From Gammaproteobacteria bacterium (GTDB lineage Bacteria > Pseudomonadota > Gammaproteobacteria > Steroidobacterales > Rariloculaceae): a stretch of 64,000 bases of DNA. The position numbers were made by a program, and so were the translations under genes. The notes beneath the pieces were generated by a model, which did no database searches, had not been told where the DNA came from, and saw only the letters and a list, made by a program, of their open reading frames with translations. Positions within the stretch are counted from its first letter, which is position 1. Every line of letters begins with the position of its first letter. Location: positions 10,837-74,836 of the forward strand of contig JAJDVG010000005.1 of NCBI GenBank assembly GCA_022826245.1. The letters are read 5' to 3'. Positions 62,632 through 64,000 of this stretch are shown piece by piece.

Positions 62632-63285
62632 TCATTCCCCGTTGCCGCCGCCGTCGCCAGGCTCCTGAGCCACGATCACGCGCGCCGGGCGGAGCAGCCG
62701 TTCGTTCATCTCGTAGCCTTTCTGGATGACCTCGAGCACGCTGTCGGGCTCGACGGCGTTCGACGGCAGCACGCTCATCGCTTCGTGCTTGTTGGGGTCG
62801 AACGGCGCACCCTGCGGGTCGATTTCCCGGACGTTGACGCTCTCGAGCGCCTGATCGAGCAGCCTCAGCGTCGCGCGTTCGCCTTCGAGCAGGGTGGCGA
62901 CATCGGCGCTGTCTCCGGCGGCAAGCGCCGCCTCGATACTGTCGCGAACGGGCAGAACGGCCTGCGCGAAGCGTTCCACCGCGAACTTGTGGGCGTTTTC
63001 GAGTTCCCGGGCGCTGCGCCTGCGCAAGTTGTCGAGTTCAGCCGCCGCACGCACATACCTGGTCCAGTTGTCCTCGGCCTGCTGACGCAATTCGGCTAGC
63101 GTCGCATCGTCGGATTCGGCCGGCTCCGGCGTTTCACCGCCCGCCTGCGATTCCGGAGACGGTTCCGCAGCGGCCGACTCCGGCGCCTGACCGTCATCGC
63201 CCGATAACGTGCCATCGCCGTCGGACGGCGCCCCGGTGGATTCCGATGGATCCGCCTGAGCGGCATCGGCAGCTTTCTTGCTCAT
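62632..63285 (-). CDS. grpE: nucleotide exchange factor GrpE
   Basis: ORF 62632..63498 trimmed to Met72 (GAGGAAGG upstream). Acidic N-terminus, coiled coil, and C-terminal beta domain (FDPNKHEAMS). Confidence 0.92.
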   Translation of the reverse strand: MSKKAADAAQADPSESTGAPSDGDGTLSGDDGQAPESAAAEPSPESQAGGETPEPAESDDATLAELRQQAEDNWTRYVRAAAELDNLRRRSARELENAHKFAVERFAQAVLPVRDSIEAALAAGDSADVATLLEGERATLRLLDQALESVNVREIDPQGAPFDPNKHEAMSVLPSNAVEPDSVLEVIQKGYEMNERLLRPARVIVAQEPGDGGGNGE

Positions 63286-63335
63286 GGAAACACCTTCCTC
63301 GACCAAGGCGGAAAACGGGTGAGTGGACCTGTCAG

Positions 63336-64000
63336 TTATGAGGGCTGACTTTGGGACTTCAAGGCCCGGCCGAGCAGTTTGGCGGTGACGTCGACGATCG
63401 GGATGACGCGCTCGTAGGCCATTCGGGTCGGTCCGATCACGCCGAGCACGCCCATCGTTTCGTCGTCGGTCGCGTACGGCGCCGCGACGATGCTGCACGA
63501 GTCGAGCAGCTCGTAGCCGGACTCCTGGCCGATGAATATCCTCACGCCCTCGGCGTGCAGGCTCCGATCGAGCAGGTGCAGGATGTCGCGCCGCTGGTTG
63601 AAGGCTTCGAACAGCGCCCGGAGCTTGTCGAGGTCGGCGAGTTCCTCGAGCCCCATGAGGTTGGTTTCGCCGGCCAGCACGTACTGCGAGTCGGGCAGCG
63701 TATCGGGGAACACGGCCTGGGCCATCTCGATCGTCTGCGTCATGAGCGCATTCATCGACTCGCGGGTGTTCTTCATTTCATCGAGAAGACGACGGCGGAC
63801 TTCGTAAATGTCGCGGCCGCGGAACTGTTCCGTCAGGTAGTTGGCGGCCTGTTTGAGCTCGCTCTCGGTGTAGTCGCGCTTCACGTCGAGAATCTTGTTC
63901 TGTACTTCGGAGTCGTTGACGACCAGGATCGCGAGCACGCGCCTTCCGGACAACGGCAGAAACTCGATCTGGCGCAGCGACGGATGCGTGTGCCTCGGGA
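63336..64000 (-). CDS. hrcA: heat-inducible transcription repressor HrcA (5' end outside window)
   Basis: The frame stays open to the window edge; the track M at 63953 is an internal TTG. The C-terminal domain pattern ...GRRVLAILVVNDSEVQNKI...GVIGPTRMAYERVIPIVD is typical of HrcA. Confidence 0.88.
   Translation of the reverse strand, partial: PRHTHPSLRQIEFLPLSGRRVLAILVVNDSEVQNKILDVKRDYTESELKQAANYLTEQFRGRDIYEVRRRLLDEMKNTRESMNALMTQTIEMAQAVFPDTLPDSQYVLAGETNLMGLEELADLDKLRALFEAFNQRRDILHLLDRSLHAEGVRIFIGQESGYELLDSCSIVAAPYATDDETMGVLGVIGPTRMAYERVIPIVDVTAKLLGRALKSQSQPS
63337..63363 (-). promoter_or_regulatory. sigma32-like promoter for grpE overlapping the hrcA 3' end
   Basis: The minus strand reads CTTGAAG-N12-CCCTCATAA. 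The -10-like element overlaps the hrcA TAA stop. The match is weaker than the dnaK promoter. Confidence 0.4.

Overview
High-GC proteobacterial chromosome segment. The gene order tpiA-secG-tRNA-Leu(GAG)-nuoA..N (nuoC and nuoD separate) and hrcA-grpE-dnaK-dnaJ-dapB-carAB-greA-rlmE-ftsH-glmM suggests a non-enteric gammaproteobacterium; this is inference from synteny only.

The right half (33.7-64 kb, all minus strand) is core housekeeping: a complete 14-gene NADH dehydrogenase I operon, secG/tpiA/glmM, ftsH/rlmE, greA, carAB, dapB and the dnaK heat-shock locus with recognisable sigma32-type promoters.

The left half is accessory:
- 0-5.8 kb: a small catabolic cluster (SDR, Tat-exported amidohydrolase, aldehyde dehydrogenase, second amidohydrolase, Nu-class GST).
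- 5.9-8.5 kb: an FtsX-type permease with no adjacent ATPase.
- 8.5-22.5 kb: a two-armed metal-acquisition island with three TonB-dependent receptors (two carrying His/Asp/Glu-rich insertions), two small DUF2946-like leader genes, three uncharacterised translationally coupled envelope proteins, and a ZnuABC-like importer with a second, degenerate binding protein.
- 22.6-26.3 kb: a secreted protein with a subtilisin-propeptide-like domain, convergent with a large multidomain S8 lipoprotein protease.
- 26.4-33.6 kb: rmuC, a PchF/PchC-like flavocytochrome pair, a hipBA toxin-antitoxin module next to an initiator tRNA-Met, and a cupin plus DUF6152-like pair.

No CRISPR array, transposase or integrase was seen.

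The most unusual item is a ~165-codon perfectly periodic (EDDHD)n / (DEDEDDHDH)n coding tandem repeat inside one TonB-dependent receptor. Together with the surrounding uncharacterised metal-uptake genes it is the best candidate for an undescribed system.

The ORF track marks non-ATG starts (TTG/GTG) as M, and many listed ORFs carry spurious N-terminal extensions or are antisense high-GC artefacts. Starts were refined by eye and remain less certain than stops.
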